Below are positions 13,653-29,065 of a DNA stretch of 64,000 bases, piece after piece. Position 1 is the stretch's first letter. Each line of letters begins with the position of its first letter. This DNA is from Octopus sinensis. Lineage: Eukaryota. The DNA is taken from the NCBI RefSeq assembly GCF_006345805.1, contig NW_021834790.1:16226-80225 (forward strand), in the 5' to 3' direction. The position numbers and the translations under genes are program-made. The notes beneath the pieces were generated by a model. The model saw only the letters and a program-made list of their open reading frames with translations, did no database searches and was not told where the DNA came from.

Positions 13653-14390
13653 ATGTGTGTGTGTGTGTGTGTGTTCGTGCGGGCGGGCGTGTGTGTGTGT
13701 TTTTGTGTGTGTGTGTGTGTTTGTGTGTGTGCGTGTGTGTGTGTATGTGTGTGTGTGAGTCTGTGTATGTACATGAAAGAAGAAATACTCCGTAGATGGA
13801 AACAAACAGTAGCTCAGTTCTGGATGAAAGCACTAAAAAGAACTGAAACCTGTTGGGCCGATGTTTCCTTTTCTCTCAACGTAGATATTCTATAGGTATT
13901 TATTCCCCGTTGCTGGATGTGTCTAATTACACATGTTGTGTTGGGTAAGCCTTGTACAAATACAATACATATAATCTATTAACAATTAGTTTACGAATCA
14001 CGCTGAGCTCGTTCAATATAATAAGGTGGTTTCACTAACTGCCACTAATACGCTATTTATGCAAATCAGGTCGTTTCGGCTTCATGAAGCCCCAAATTAT
14101 AGTCTTTACATAAACAATTTTCCCATACACAGATGTTTGGCGGGTAATCTGTTCTTGATGAGAGGCCGAAATAGATCCGAAGTCTGATCGCAAGAAGATT
14201 GTAAAGACATTTCCTCACATTTGCCATAAATATCCATTTATCCACATTGTCGGTTGAAGTTTTGTATTTCTGGAGTAAATTTACTTCCTGTTGCCCCTTA
14301 TGTATGTGTGTATGTGTGTGTACTCAATTCTATATGTAGCGTGAAATTTTTTCAATAAATGAAGAATGTAATAAATTCCACAGATTGCCA

Positions 14391-14607
14391 GTTTTAACTC
14401 TGGATTCTTCAAATTGAGGAAAGGAGAATTGAGTGTGCCTGATACTAGAATATACTGAAATTTTCAAATTCTCCTTATGCAAACGTATGCAAAATTCTCC
14501 TTATGCAAAAGTTTTAACTCTGGATTCTTCAAATTGAGGAAAGGAGAATTGAGTGTGCCTGATACTAGAATATACTGAAATTTTCAAATTCTCCTTATGC
14601 AAACGTA
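14391..14607. repeat. Local direct duplication, period 120 bp
   Basis: GTTTTAACTCTGGATTC...CCTTATGCAAACGTA occurs at 14391 and 14511. Confidence 0.9.
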
Positions 14608-14732
14608 CTTACATACACACGCACACACACACGCGCGCAAAATCTCATATAAATATATTTATATAATTTATTATATATATATATACACACACATATGTGT
14701 GTGTGAGTGTGTGTGCATATATAATACATATA

Positions 14733-14824
<92 letters not shown>

Positions 14825-15383
14825 ATATTTTATTTATTATATATATTTATAATATATATACATATATACATACATATATACATATATATATTAGGTATAT
14901 ATATATAATATACATATATATTCTATATACATATATATACACACATATATATAATTATATATATATACATTTATATATATTTAAAACATTGGCACAACGA
15001 AGGTGTAGACCCCAGTTCAAAATCATATATAAGTGCGTGTGCGTGTATATCTGTGTATGTTTGTGTGTGTCTGTGAGTGTGTCTGTGTTTGTATCTACTC
15101 GGGAAATATCTACATGTGTATGTGTGTGTGTAATGAGCAAATGTGTATGTATGCGTATGTATGCCTCTGAGGAGAGCGTGCGTTGATGTACTCCAGTAGG
15201 TGTGTGTGTGTGTGTAGGCGTTGTTGTGTATATGGATAAGGGAAGAGTTTGGAGATGTTTTGTGTGCGTGGATGACTGTTGCTATTATTAGGAAAAAGTT
15301 CCGCTAGCATGTGTGGGTGGAACAAGTCTGTACGTACAGTAAGTAGAGGGGAAGGTGAGTGCCTGTGTGTATGTGTGTGTGTC

Positions 15384-15420
<37 letters not shown>

Positions 15421-15532
15421 ACACATTTATATACATCCATTCATATATATGCATTATCTATGTATGTATATTCACACATACATACATACATAGACATACA
15501 TATATATATATATATATTATATATATAATATA

Positions 15533-15599
<67 letters not shown>

Positions 15600-15840
15600 A
15601 TGTATATATATGTATATATATATATATATATAGACACACACTTACATACACATACATACACACACCGTGGTGAAGAGAAGGGAGACTAAAGGAATGACAT
15701 ACTGTGTAGAGCAAGTAGGAAAATGAAGAAAAAGAAATGTGAACATATATATGTGTGTGCGTTATGAGATAGACACAGACACAAACATATATCAATATAT
15801 ATAAAGCTGATGTATTATATATATATATATATATATATAA

Positions 15841-15873
<33 letters not shown>

Positions 15874-15936
15874 AAGAGGGAGGGAGAGATACATAGCTAG
15901 ACAGACAAATGGATGGATGGATGGATGGATAGGTGA

Positions 15937-16023
<87 letters not shown>

Positions 16024-16062
16024 GGGAGAGAGAGAAATAGATAAATAGATAGATGGATAGAT

Positions 16063-16099
<37 letters not shown>

Positions 16100-16244
16100 C
16101 AGACAGGGCGAGAGAGAGAGAGGCAGAAAGACAGACAGACAAATGGATGGAGGTGATGGATGGGTGATATATATATATACATATATATATATATATCTAT
16201 ATTATATATATATAGAGAGGAGAGAGAGAGAGAGAGAGGGAGAG

Positions 16245-16275
<31 letters not shown>

Positions 16276-16388
16276 CGTAGTGACACATCTCTTTCTCCTA
16301 TCATTTTTTGTTGTTGTGCTTCTCTGTTACCTTTTTGTTTCAAAAGTTTTTCTCCTCATCCTCTCCTTACTCTCATTTTATCTGTCCG

Positions 16389-16428
<40 letters not shown>

Positions 16429-16990
16429 CTACCCCCTTTCTTTCTCTCTCTCCCTCTCTCTTTGCCTGACTATCTCCAAGTCTGCCTGCTGTGTTACGAT
16501 AGTTTTGTTGTTTCTCACCCTCTTCATATGTGTATGTGTGTGCGTGTATGTGTATGTGCGCGCGCGTAGATGCGAGTGTGTGGATGTGTGTGGATGCGAG
16601 TGCATGTATATGTACATATATATTTCTAAGTGTGTATATGTGTGTGTCTGTGTGTGTCCCTATACCAATCTCGTTTAGCTATTTTATCATTGTTGCTCTC
16701 ACCTCTCCTTCTCTTCTTTCTCTCCCACACTCTGTACTTACTCGCATTATGTATATAATTTCTTTCTTTCTCTCTTTCTTTTTATTCCCTCTTTCCCAGT
16801 TCTTCTCTCTCTTTCTTTCTCTCTCTCTCTCTCTCTCTCTCTTCCTCTGTTGTACTCGCTCTTTTTCTCTTCTTTTTCATCTATCCTACGTTATTTTTTT
16901 TTCATGCTCTCCACCCCACTTTCTCCCTTTCTCCTTTTCCCTTCTTTCTCTCTATTTTCCTTCACATGCCCGCTCTCCATCACCACCACC

Positions 16991-17058
<68 letters not shown>

Positions 17059-17144
17059 ATACAGCAATAACACTTCCACCACCACTACCACCGCCAGGAT
17101 CTCCTTCACTGCCACCACCACTATCATTGCAGTGACTTGCAGCA

Positions 17145-17174
17145 TCACGTGACGGACAGAGACTTAGTGATTGG
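17145..17174. promoter_or_regulatory. Possible promoter module: E-box TCACGTGAC next to an inverted CCAAT box
   Basis: Both motifs are visible in a short non-repetitive island. Function is not shown. Confidence 0.2.
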
Positions 17175-17281
17175 CGGACAGCAAACTACTCTACTTCCCA
17201 CGTTTATCGCATCTGCTAAATCAACGCCTATATATTGATTGCCGCCTTTATACTCAAACATATATATACATATATACATAC

Positions 17282-17313
<32 letters not shown>

Positions 17314-18020
17314 GTATCTATCTATCTATATATGTCATACATATATATATGCGTGTGTTGGTTTATATATGTATGTCTGTGCATGGGCATACATATAAAG
17401 GGGGTGTTGAGAATATATAAGACCTACACAGAAAGTATATACGCGTGAATATATAGACATATAGTTGTAACGACAGTCATAGATGTACTTATATATATAT
17501 ATACAAAATATACATACACATTAAGATATAAATAAAGCTATATACGAGTGTGTATATGCGTATATATGTATATATACATGCATATTTGCAATGCAGGACC
17601 AGATCTGATCATTTGGACAGTAAGCAGACAACCTCTACAACTCTAATTTCTGCAGACGATCTTTTTTTCCGAACATACAAGCAGTTACATTTATTGAAAA
17701 AAAAAAGATATATATATATAGAGAGAGAACAAAGAAAAACTTAAACACTTTTTTAAAGAACTGCATATTTTCATATTTATTTAATAACTTTCTTCACTTT
17801 CATCCCTGTCTCCACTTAGCTCTGCTTTTCCTTTGTTTTATTCTACATCATCTACCTATCTAGCTATCTCTCTACCTACTCAATGTATCTTTCTGTTTAT
17901 CTGTCTGTCTGTCTGTCTATTTAATCAACACACACATATATTTACGCGCACACACACCCCAGTTTTCTTTCTTTCTAGCATTCCTTCTTTCTTTCTTTTC
18001 GTCTTTCTTCTTCTTCCCTC

Positions 18021-18170
18021 ATGTATGCAATTAGAGTATCAAGCTCAAGGCGAATAAGCTGTTTTTTACAAGTATCCTTGCTATTTTCCGGACTTTTGAA
18101 CACTTTGCAATGGGGTGCGTTTGCCAGTTATCTACCCAAGCAATTGGAACCACAGCAGAAGAACTATGAG
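18021..18170 (+). CDS. Possible first coding exon of a host gene (signal-peptide-like)
   Basis: ATG-initiated 50 codons with a hydrophobic stretch (CFLQVSLLFSGLL), ending at GAG|GTAC. No homology recognised and no downstream exon found. Confidence 0.15.
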
Positions 18171-18176
18171 GTACTT

Positions 18177-18207
<31 letters not shown>

Positions 18208-19179
18208 CTCTACCCCACCTATCTGAATATGTTTTGATATATTTTTCACTTGCTTCTTCACTTGTTTGTTTTATTTATTTTTACAAGTTTATCTTTCACA
18301 CAAGTTTGAATGATTTCTTTCAAAGTTGTTTTTGCAAGTTACAAAGGTTTTTATAAATACGTATATTATATAAGAAATTGATTATACGGTCTTTTGTTTA
18401 AATTGTACACGAAAACTTAATGACATGACAGATAAAAGAATGGAAGGAAAACAGGGGGGAAGTTGGAAATTTCGTGCCGCTCTTGTATTTCAATATTTCA
18501 ATATATGACGTTCAGTATCTAAGGAATCTTACTCTCGACCTGGCACTATGCTGTCTTTAACAACATCTATTCTGTTTGTAAACACTGCAGCCAGGATCCC
18601 GTTCTTTGTCAAGTTTTACCCAGCCATTCGCAAGTGCTCTGAAAAGCTTTATGGATTCTAACCCACCCCCAGTAATTAAACTATTTAAACTACTAAAATT
18701 GAAACAGGAGCCACAGATTGTATATCATTGCTGATATACTCTGTCGATTCACGCATGCGCTCTTAGTTATATATATATAAATATATATCAGAAAGTTATG
18801 ATGTTCATGACTTTCAGAAGAACAATAGTTTATCAGGGAAGTCATACAGAAATCGTAATGTTTTCTTTTAAACGTGCCTGACGTGTCAAAGTTATGTCCG
18901 TGAAAGAGGTGGAGGGGGAGGGGCAAAATAGGACGTGGTGGTATGCATTCCTTTCTTTTCCAATCCCCGAGTTGCTAGTATTGGGAACTATTACAAAATA
19001 CAAGTTTGAACTGAATTAACAGATCGCTTGTTTCATCTGCAATGTTGTGGCATTCATGATTTTTCAAATCAGTTGTTGTATTATACTATATTAGATAGAT
19101 TACATCAACAACAATATGCTTCTTTTTCAGTTACCTTTAGCGAATGGAGCAGTTATTCAGGGGAAATATGGAAGTTTGT

Positions 19180-19264
<85 letters not shown>

Positions 19265-19760
19265 GCGTGTATATACACATATGTGTATGTATATATACAT
19301 ATATATATATAGCTATATAATCGGTTTAAGTAATTGAGATTCAAGTGAATTCTAATGAATTCACATGAATATGGTCCTTAACTAGGATGCACCGGAAATC
19401 TATATGGTGTTAACCATACGACAAGTTGGGTGATTACAAATAGGAAAAAAGCAACAAGAATGGATTAAATCCATTCTTGTTGTTTTTTTCCTATATATAT
19501 CTATATCTATATATGTATTATATATACAAACGTACACACACACACACATAAATATATAGTTATACATACATGTGTACATATGCACGTACATGTGTGTTGC
19601 CTGTGGTTTATATATATATAATATATGTGTGTGTTGTGTGTGCGCGTGTATGTCTGTCCGTTTGTTCATGTTTACTTAAAGTCCTGTAAAATAGATAGAT
19701 AGATGGATATATATTATATATATATATATAATATATATAATATATATATATATATATAGA

Positions 19761-19805
<45 letters not shown>

Positions 19806-21076
19806 GAGATAAACAACAACGATGAAATATGTATTTGAAACAAATTCAGGGATCGATAGGTCTGAAAGTAGTAAACGGATTAAAGATTAAAATGGTATAT
19901 CCAATCATTAGTCAAAATAATATTCTGAAGACCTTTCGTTAGTCTTTACTTTCTGAGTTCAAATTCCGCTGAGGTCGACTTTGCCTTTCATCCTTTAGCG
20001 GTCGAGAAATTAAGTACCAGTTGCGTACCGGGTCGATCTAATCGACTAGCCCCCTCACCCAAAATTTCGGGTCTTTGCCTAGAATAGAAACGAATATTCT
20101 CAAGATCACCAGTAACGCCATCACACGTCAACTACGAATATCTAAGATACTAAATTTTCTACCACCAGCACAGACGATATTGTTGTGGTTGTTGTTGTTT
20201 TGGCCCCGGGCCATCCCTAATCAAACAGGGCAGATCTTTAGGTCAATGATATACATGTTGTAACTGTCCTCTCATTTAAGGGTAATCTAGAACTTCATTA
20301 ACATGTATGTCCTTTCGTTATTTATGATGGGGAAGACGGCGAGCTGGAAGAATCGTTACCGCGCCCTGACAATATGCTAAGCAGCATTTTTTCCCCTTTT
20401 CACGTTCTAAGTTCAAATTCCGTCGAGGCCAACTTTGCTTTTCAATCTTTCGGTGACGATTAAATAAGTATCAGTCAATCATTGGAAGTTAATATAATCG
20501 ATTAGCCTCCCCCCTCCAAATTTTTAGGCTCTCTGCCTATAGTAGAAAGGACCATTTATGATGGACGAGTGCAGTTGAGTGGCCGAATCGTTAGAGTATC
20601 GGACAAAATGATTTGTGATATTTCTCCCTACCTTTTATGTTCTGAGTTCAAACCCCACTGAGGTCAACTTTGCCTTTCATCTTCCCAAAATCGATAAAAT
20701 ATTGTACCAGGCAAGTAACAGAGTCGATGTAATCGGGTAATTTCTTTCCCCAGCAATTGCTGACATTGGGCCTAAAGAGAAACGACAACACGGCAGGGTA
20801 CGATTTGAGGTAGATTTCGTTGTTATTTCTGGCAGACTGAACAGTTAAAAACAGTCGTTCTCAACCGGGATCCACATCACCCTTAGGGGTCCATATAAGA
20901 TTTCGTTGTTAAAATTTGTGCAATAAATTGATTATACGTCTACAGTACACAAAATCCTAATAAGATTTAATTATAAAAATAAAATAGGAATTTTGAAAAC
21001 ATCAAATATGATTAAGTAGGGATCACCAGAATAAAATAAAAATAAAACAAAGAGAACAAAGTGTACGCACGCCGCA

Positions 21077-21146
<70 letters not shown>

Positions 21147-21476
21147 TAGGGAGTTATATGTTTTATAAAAATATATATTATTGTTATTTATGTATTGGTT
21201 TATGTCTGTAACTGTTTGAGTTGCATAATAGTGGTTTTATCTCTAATTTATATTTTATATATATATATATGCATATATATATATATAATACAAAATGGGG
21301 CAAGAACACAAAACATCCGGACAGCTAGGTGATACAAAAAGGGACAACAAAACATCCAGATAGACGATACAAAGAAAACAAGGACGGGTCATTCGAAGTT
21401 TTCTTTCTTAAACAAAGAGATCTATTGCCAAAAAATGGTTACGAAACACTGATTTGGAAGTTGCTGCTTGTTTATA

Positions 21477-22122
21477 CAGGGCAGCGCAAAATATAGGAAG
21501 ACAATAAGTACCGCATCAATGTTATGATACTTAATTCATTAAAATTATTTGCACATTTGTAGCTTGCTTACCAGCCACATGGTTCCGGGTTCAGTCCCAC
21601 CGCGTGGCATCTTGGGCAAGTGTCTTCTGCTATAGCCCCGGGCCGACCAATGCCTTGTGAGTGGATTTGGTAGACAGAAACTGAAAGAAGCCTGTCGTAT
21701 ATATGTATATATATATATATGTATGTGTGTGTATATGTTTGTGTGTCTGTGTTTGTCCTCCTAGCATTGCTTGACAACCGATGCTGGCGTGTTTACGCCC
21801 CCGTCACTTAGCGGTTCGGCAAAAGAGACCGATAGAATAAGTACTGGGCTTACAAAGAATAAGTCCCGGGGTCGATTTGCTCGACTAAAGGCGGTGCTCC
21901 AGCATGGCTGCAGTCAAATGACTGAAACAAGTAAAAGAGAGTAAAAGAGAGTATTAGATTAGTTAGCCTCATTTTTTATATTTTCACTGTCATTAATCAT
22001 AATAATGCATTTATCATAACTATACTAATACTTTTGTCGTAACTTTTTTTGATAAAAATAAATGAATATTGTACGTGTTTTATTTTTTTTCATCAGTGTA
22101 TACCTACTTTTGCACTACCCTG
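21477..22122. mobile_element. Tc1/mariner-type MITE interrupted by a family B SINE (~21565-21953)
   Basis: TA-CAGGGCAGCGCAAAA ... TTTTGCACTACCCTG-TA. Confidence 0.65.
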
Positions 22123-22499
22123 TAGGTATCTGTGTTAAAGTTTAATACCAAATAGGTTTACAATGGCCACTACTAAGCTTCTGGGGAAGATACGAACTCA
22201 GAATCTATCGAAGAGAAACTAAGTGCTACAGAAAAGGCCAATTAGTCTGGTTTTAGCTATTCGAAGAAAATTGACGGAAAGTTATGTTCTGAACTACCCG
22301 TGTTGTTCTAGTCCTAACTATACACATGCGGGGGTGCACGCGTGCACACACACGCACATACACACACACACGCGCATGTATATACACACATTTTATATGT
22401 GCATACAAATGAAAAAAACATGCATGCATACACACATACTCACACCCACACTAGGAGTAAAATATTTATTCATGAACTTGGTAGAAGGTTCTCTAACTT

Positions 22500-22730
22500 A
22501 AAGGCGAGCTGGCAGAAACGTTATCACGCCGGACGAAATGCTTAACGGTTTATCGTCTGCCGTTATGTTCTGAGTTCAAATTCCGCCGAGGTCGACTTTG
22601 CCTTTCATCCTCTCGGGGTCGATAAATTAAGTACCAGTTACGCACTGGGGTCGATGTAATCGACTTAATCCCTTCGTCTGTCCTTGTTTGTCCCCTCTAT
22701 TTTTGGCCCCTTGTGGACAATAAAGAAATA
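22500..22730 (+). mobile_element. SINE family A with perfect 17-bp TSD
   Basis: AGAAGGTTCTCTAACTT at 22483-22499 and 22731-22747. Confidence 0.9.
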
Positions 22731-22840
22731 AGAAGGTTCTCTAACTTCATGGCGACCAACAGTTTCCTAAGTAGTTACGTCACGCGGTGTAGGGACCTTT
22801 AGATCAATCTGGAGACCCCCGTATCATTGATATCTACACT

Positions 22841-22903
<63 letters not shown>

Positions 22904-22973
22904 TCTATCTATCTACCTATCTACCTATCTATCTATATGTCTGTCTGTCTATCTACCTGTCTGTCTGTCTGTC

Positions 22974-23025
<52 letters not shown>

Positions 23026-23642
23026 ATATATACAGAGAGACAGACAGACAGAATCAATCAGAGAGATATAAGGAGTCACAGAGGCAGAAGAGAGAGAGAA
23101 AGAGAGGTAGATAAATAGATAGATACACATAAATATATATATATACACACATATCTATAAGCATGCATATCTATACATGCACAGTAAAATGATAACTTCA
23201 TTTGTTGTTCCTCTTTAGCCCCAACATCAAAGACATTTCCTTCAATCTTTTAACAGTGATCATTAAACTATCTTATACATGGTTTTCCTTATATTAATAA
23301 CAGTGTCATTTGAGTGAGATTTGGCTACTGTTCAACTAGATCTATCAGATAAACCTTCCTAAAATGACACCTCTCTATATCAAAAAACTAAACCACTGTA
23401 TTGGAAAATATGGTCTTAGATATACTGCTTAAATAGAAGAAAAGACAGGATGGTCTCAGCTGGAACGCTTAGATCATAAGTTCGATATGACACCCGTAGT
23501 CGATATTTCAAACAGCAGTTTTGCTGTCACACTGTAGATTATATCTAAAAATGCAGACTTGTTAATCTGTGTTACATTGGGAAACAGACTTCACCAGAGA
23601 TACGAGCAAAAGTGACAATATATGTATGTTTGTATGTAAACG

Positions 23643-23680
<38 letters not shown>

Positions 23681-23689
23681 ATATTATAT

Positions 23690-23890
23690 TACTCTTTACT
23701 TGTTTCAGTCATTTGACTGCGACCATGCTGGAGCACCGCCTTTAGTTGAGCAAATCGACCCCAGGACTTATTCTTTGTAAGCCTAGTACTTATTCTATCG
23801 GCCTATTTGCCGAACCGCTAAGTAACGAGGACGTAAACACACCAGCATCGGTGATCAAGCGATGTTGTGAGGACAAACAGAGACACACAA

Positions 23891-23960
<70 letters not shown>

Positions 23961-24151
23961 CACATACATACATACATACATATATACGACGGGTTTCTTT
24001 CAGTTCCCGTCTACCAAATCCAGTCACAAGGCTTTTGGCCGGTCCGAGACTATAGTAGAAGTCACTTGCCCAAGGTGCAATGCAGTGGGACTGAACCCAG
24101 AACCATGTGGTTCGTAAGCAAGCTTCTTGCCACAGAGCCACTCCTACGCCT
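23690..24151 (-). mobile_element. SINE family B
   Basis: Reverse complement of family B with internal (CA)n(TA)n. Confidence 0.85.
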
Positions 24152-26837
24152 CTATATGTGTGTGTGTATGCATATATGTGTGTGTGAATGTGTGTGTGTG
24201 TGTTTGTATGAGTGCATACATATTGAGATATGTGCAGTTGAGATGTTGATGCCTTTCTCAATGAAATAGATGACATAAGTGAAATGATATGCTTGCAAAC
24301 AAACTGGAAGTCATGTGTCAATGCGTTAAAAAACAATTTAAGCTGAATGGGAAAATGTGAAGGGCAAAAGCTCAATGACACAAGCGCTGGATTTGAAATT
24401 AATATACTTCATTTCAAAAAGATGTACAAAACGTAGGGTTTTTTTATATTCTTGTGAAATGGTATATTAGCATTTAGCCTAAGAACTTTCAGAAGTTACA
24501 GAGCTGGCTCATTAGTTTTCGCAGTACGAGGTGGTGCTGCGTGTCATACGATACGGCCTCCTGTATAAAAATGGGCGGTGCGAATATACATAATATAATT
24601 TATAATAACGAAAACAAATAATAGGATATCAAATGGCAAGACATCTAAATGAAGGCGTGATCTAAAGTCAGATATGATTACTAAACTGGTATGTGATTTG
24701 GAAAATATAATGAGATATTGCGAAATCTAAGCAACTGTGCGGCTTTACAAAACTGTTCTGGGATGGTTAAACTATGATGAGGTTATTAAATTCTATATAC
24801 GGGGATGGGAAAACCCTCAGCCGCAGGCGAGATTCCGACTGCAGCTAAATTTGAAACCATTTCTAACGAAGTTGCTAAAGGCGGATATAAAAATAAATCG
24901 GTTTCCCCTTGAGGCCTATAAGACACGCTTAAGATACATATCTATGAATTTGTAAAATTATTGATTCAGTATTTTTCTCAACACGCACATTAATTAATCC
25001 CAAGTATTGAAGAGGCCATCCACCCCTCCTCTGTGATATTGTAAAATCGAAATATTATGTGGCTTAACTAAATATCATATCTGAAACATGACGTCATTAT
25101 TAAAGTTCAATATAGACAGAACTTGTTAGAGTCTGCAAAATTATCTAAAATTATTGTTCTTTGCGTCTCTAGTTCAAATCTACCGAGCTCAACTTTTTTT
25201 CTTTTATACTTCTGTGGTCGATAAAACAAAGTACCAGACAAGTACTGTACTCGATTTAATCGACTGATTTTGTGTCTATATGTAATCAAAACGTCATGCC
25301 TAAATATAAATCTGTGAAATTAGATATTTGTTTTTTTTTTTAATACAGATGGAGACTCACTCATTGCTATATACTTGCTATTCCCCCATTCAGTGCTTGG
25401 ACACACCGTTAGTGTTGTTTCCTAGTGACTCTGAGTGTTTTAGGTCTTACAACATACACTTCCATCGTCGTAAATATAAAAATATTTATGATATTATGCG
25501 ATATAATGTACAATATAATGTGACTATTAAGTTGCCATGTGATATTTTGATATACTCTAATGAGATAACCTACAAGGGCGTTCCATTGGCAGAATCGTTA
25601 ATGCAATGGACTAAATGCCGTGTGGTATTTGTTCCTCCGACTTTTTACATTCTGGGTTCAAATCTCGCTAAAGTCAACTTTACCACTCATCCTAACGGGC
25701 TCGATAAAATAAATTATCAGTGAAGTTCGATTTAATCGACTAACTCTTTCTGTACTAAATTTGTTGTATAATGTCCATGTGAAAAATTATCATTATTATT
25801 TAAACAATGATAGCATTATTACATAAGATGTGATATGACGTGATACTTTAACTATGAATAAAATTATGATGTGATTGTGTGAGGTATTTAATTACAGAAT
25901 TGTTTATGTTGGTGATATCTAATCTATGGTATATTTAATAAAATGTATATTGTGGTATATTTAATTTCTAGTGAGATTTTGTTATATATTACTGTTATAA
26001 ATTATCCCTAAGTTAATCTCCAAACTAGCCCTGATCGAATAAAGCTATGATCATTATCCAATGTGATGTTTTTTTAAAGGTCTTAGTATGTACTTTGATG
26101 TATATTTGGATGCTATTTTCAGTGATTCTCTGTGTTTCATAAGGGATGGATTCAGCCAGCACGTCGGTAAGAAATACAGAAAAACCAAAAGGAGTTACGT
26201 GAATATCAAACGAGTTCCCCATTTAAAAACAAAACCTCACAATCCCCTTATGTTTAGAGAGGATTCCCGCACGAAGGACCCAAAACATTTTTGCTCCAGC
26301 TTCAGAAAATTTTCTGGGGCCCAGGTCGTAAATCACAAAGTTATACATACATACATACATACATACATACATACATACATACATACATACATACATACAT
26401 ACATACATACATACATACATACATACATACATACATAGTAAGAATTTGCAAAAACACAAAAGACTAAGACGGGTGTGTAAACAACAAACAGATGTTTTAG
26501 TTTAACGCTCGTGAAGTGATATATATATTTATGAAGGCGCATGGCTTAATGGCTAGGATGTTACAATCGCGATTGCGAGATCGTGATTTCGATTCCCAGA
26601 CCGGCCGTTGCATTGTGTTCTTGAGCAAAGCACTTCATTTCTCGTTGCTCTGCGATCACTTCGTCATACGACATGCGGCACGCAGTGCACCTGTACAGAT
26701 AATGTCGATTTGATGGAGGGAGTGAGCTTATGTGAACACAAACGTATGATCACTAAAAACAAATCACCAGTGTGATTGTTTGGCAAGAAATTAACCCTCA
26801 TACGTCATCTAACGATGGGAGAGTCTATGATATATTA

Positions 26838-27250
26838 AGGCGGCGAGCTGGCAGAATCGTTAGCACGCCGGGCGAAATGCTAAGCAGTATTTCGTCTGTC
26901 GCTACGTTCTGAGTTCAAATTCCGCCGAGGTCAACTTTGCCTTTCATCCTTTCGGGGTCGATTAAATAAGTACCAGTTACACACTGGGGTTGATATAATC
27001 GACTTAATCCCTTTGTCCTTGTTTGTCCTCTTTGTGTTTAGCCCCTTGTGGGTAGTAAAGAAATAGGTATTTCGTCTGCCGCTACGTTCTGAGTTCAAAT
27101 TCCGCCGAGGTCGACTTTGCCTTTCATCCTTTCGGAGTCGATTAAATAAGTACCAGTTGAACACTGAGGTCGATATAATCGACTTAATCCCTTTGTCTCT
27201 CCTTGTTTGTCCCCTCTGTATGTAGCCCCTTGTGGGCAGTAAAGAAATAG
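26838..27250 (+). mobile_element. SINE family A tandem dimer (second unit lacks the 5' head)
   Basis: The body from GTATTTCGTCTG onward is repeated. One TSD, GTCTATGATATAT, brackets the pair. Confidence 0.85.
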
Positions 27251-27975
27251 GGGTCTATGATATATGTATACAATATAAAAAGATTCAGGGGGTACCCAAA
27301 ACATTTGTCAGGAGTTACATGTACTATTTACAACTGCTTGGTTCAGTTCCATGCGACTTAATTAATTTTATGTGATACGAACTATGATGTGGTCAGTAAA
27401 TTGTAAAGTGATATCTCGAATGCATAGTACTGCCAACATATTCTAGCTGGATGAAATATAAGCTGAACTGTCAACTGCTACCTGTTAAACTGTATATTAT
27501 TTTAACAACATAAGGTGGTGCATAAGCCGTGTGTTATTCTAACAACGTAGCATGACATATCAACTATGCTGTTACTTCCCAACTCATTCGCTATCGTATT
27601 TAAATGAGAAGATATGATATTTTTGATATTTAACCTCTGTAATGTGAAACCGAAATCGAATATGATATCATGATTGTTTAGTTACGAGACGTCACAATTT
27701 TTACAAGCATTCTGTAATTTCTAAATTATTTTCTGTAATATCAAGATTGAGTTGTTATATTTATTTAAATGACGGTATGAAATCGAAACCCCTGTGTAAC
27801 GTACCAAGACTATAACCAGATGGCGCTAAATAAATACAGATGTAACACCTTAGATCAGGGATACAACAGAAGATTTTGGATTCCTGTTGTGTATTTAGCT
27901 ACAGTATGACCGAGCGCATATTCTCACGTTTGAGCCTTATTGGACATACTTGCGTATGTATATGTATTGTAATAT

Positions 27976-28360
27976 GTGGAGGCGCAATGGCCCAGTGGTT
28001 AGGGCAGCGGACTCGCGGTCATAGGATCGCGGTTTCGATTCCCAGACCGGGCGTTGTGAGTGTTTATTGAGCCAAAACACCTAAAAAAGCTCACGAGGCT
28101 CCGGCAGGGGATGGTGGTGATCCTGCTGTACTCTTTCACCACAACTTTCTCTCACTCTTACTTCCTTTTTTGTGTGTACCTGTATTTCAAGGGGCCGGCC
28201 TTGTCACTCTCTGTGTCACGCTGAATATCCCCGGGAACTACGTTAAGGGTGCACGTGTCTGTGGAGTGCTCAGCCACTTACACGTTAATTTCACGAGCAG
28301 GCTGTTCCGTTGATTCGGATCAACCGAAACCCTCATCGTCGTAACCGACGGAGTGCTTCC
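27976..28360 (+). mobile_element. SINE family C
   Basis: TSD ATTGTAATAT; near-identical to 7684-8068. Confidence 0.9.
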
Positions 28361-28744
28361 ATTGTAATATAATAGTTGTAAAATATACTGGTTTCTAAAT
28401 TTGGCACAAGGCCAGAAGTTTCAGGGAAGGCGGTAGGTCGATTACATCGACTTTAGAACTCAACTGATACTTGTTTTATCGATCCCAGATGGATGAGTTG
28501 TAAAATACACGAAATATATATTTTACAACTCTATTCATTGCAGCCTTCCTCCTTTAACACGGGTAAAATGTGATACTAGGGAGATGTAGATTGCTTCTAG
28601 CGGTTGAGTGTTTTCAGGCCAAGATACGCTGCCTCGTTGTGACGCAGGAAGCTATGATGTGGTATTTAAACAAGAAAGGAATATTTAGACTAATTTGATA
28701 TTCTTCATTCAGGGTCTGTGGAGGAAACCCTTCTCCGTGAAATA

Positions 28745-29001
28745 TCTTTACTCTTTTTACTCTTTTACATGTTTCAGTCATGTGACTGTGGCCATGCTGG
28801 AGCCCCGTCTTTAGTCGAGAAAATCGACCCCTTGACGTATTCTTTGTAAGCCTAGTACTTATTCTATCGGTCTCTTTTGCCGAACCGCTAATGTTACGGG
28901 GACGTAACCACACCAGCATCGGTTGTCAAGCGATGTTTAGGGTGACAAGCACAGACACACACACACACACACCCACACACACATCACACACACACACGTA
29001 T

Positions 29002-29065
<64 letters not shown>

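Noticed and set aside
16530-17135. Proline/threonine-rich 201-aa ORF
   Set aside because: It derives from (CT)n, (CCA)n and (CAA)n tracts, with no domain evidence.
20852-21451. hAT-type MITE (CAGTCGTTCTCAACC ... GGTTACGAAACACTG)
   Set aside because: The termini are only loosely complementary and no 8-bp TSD is visible.
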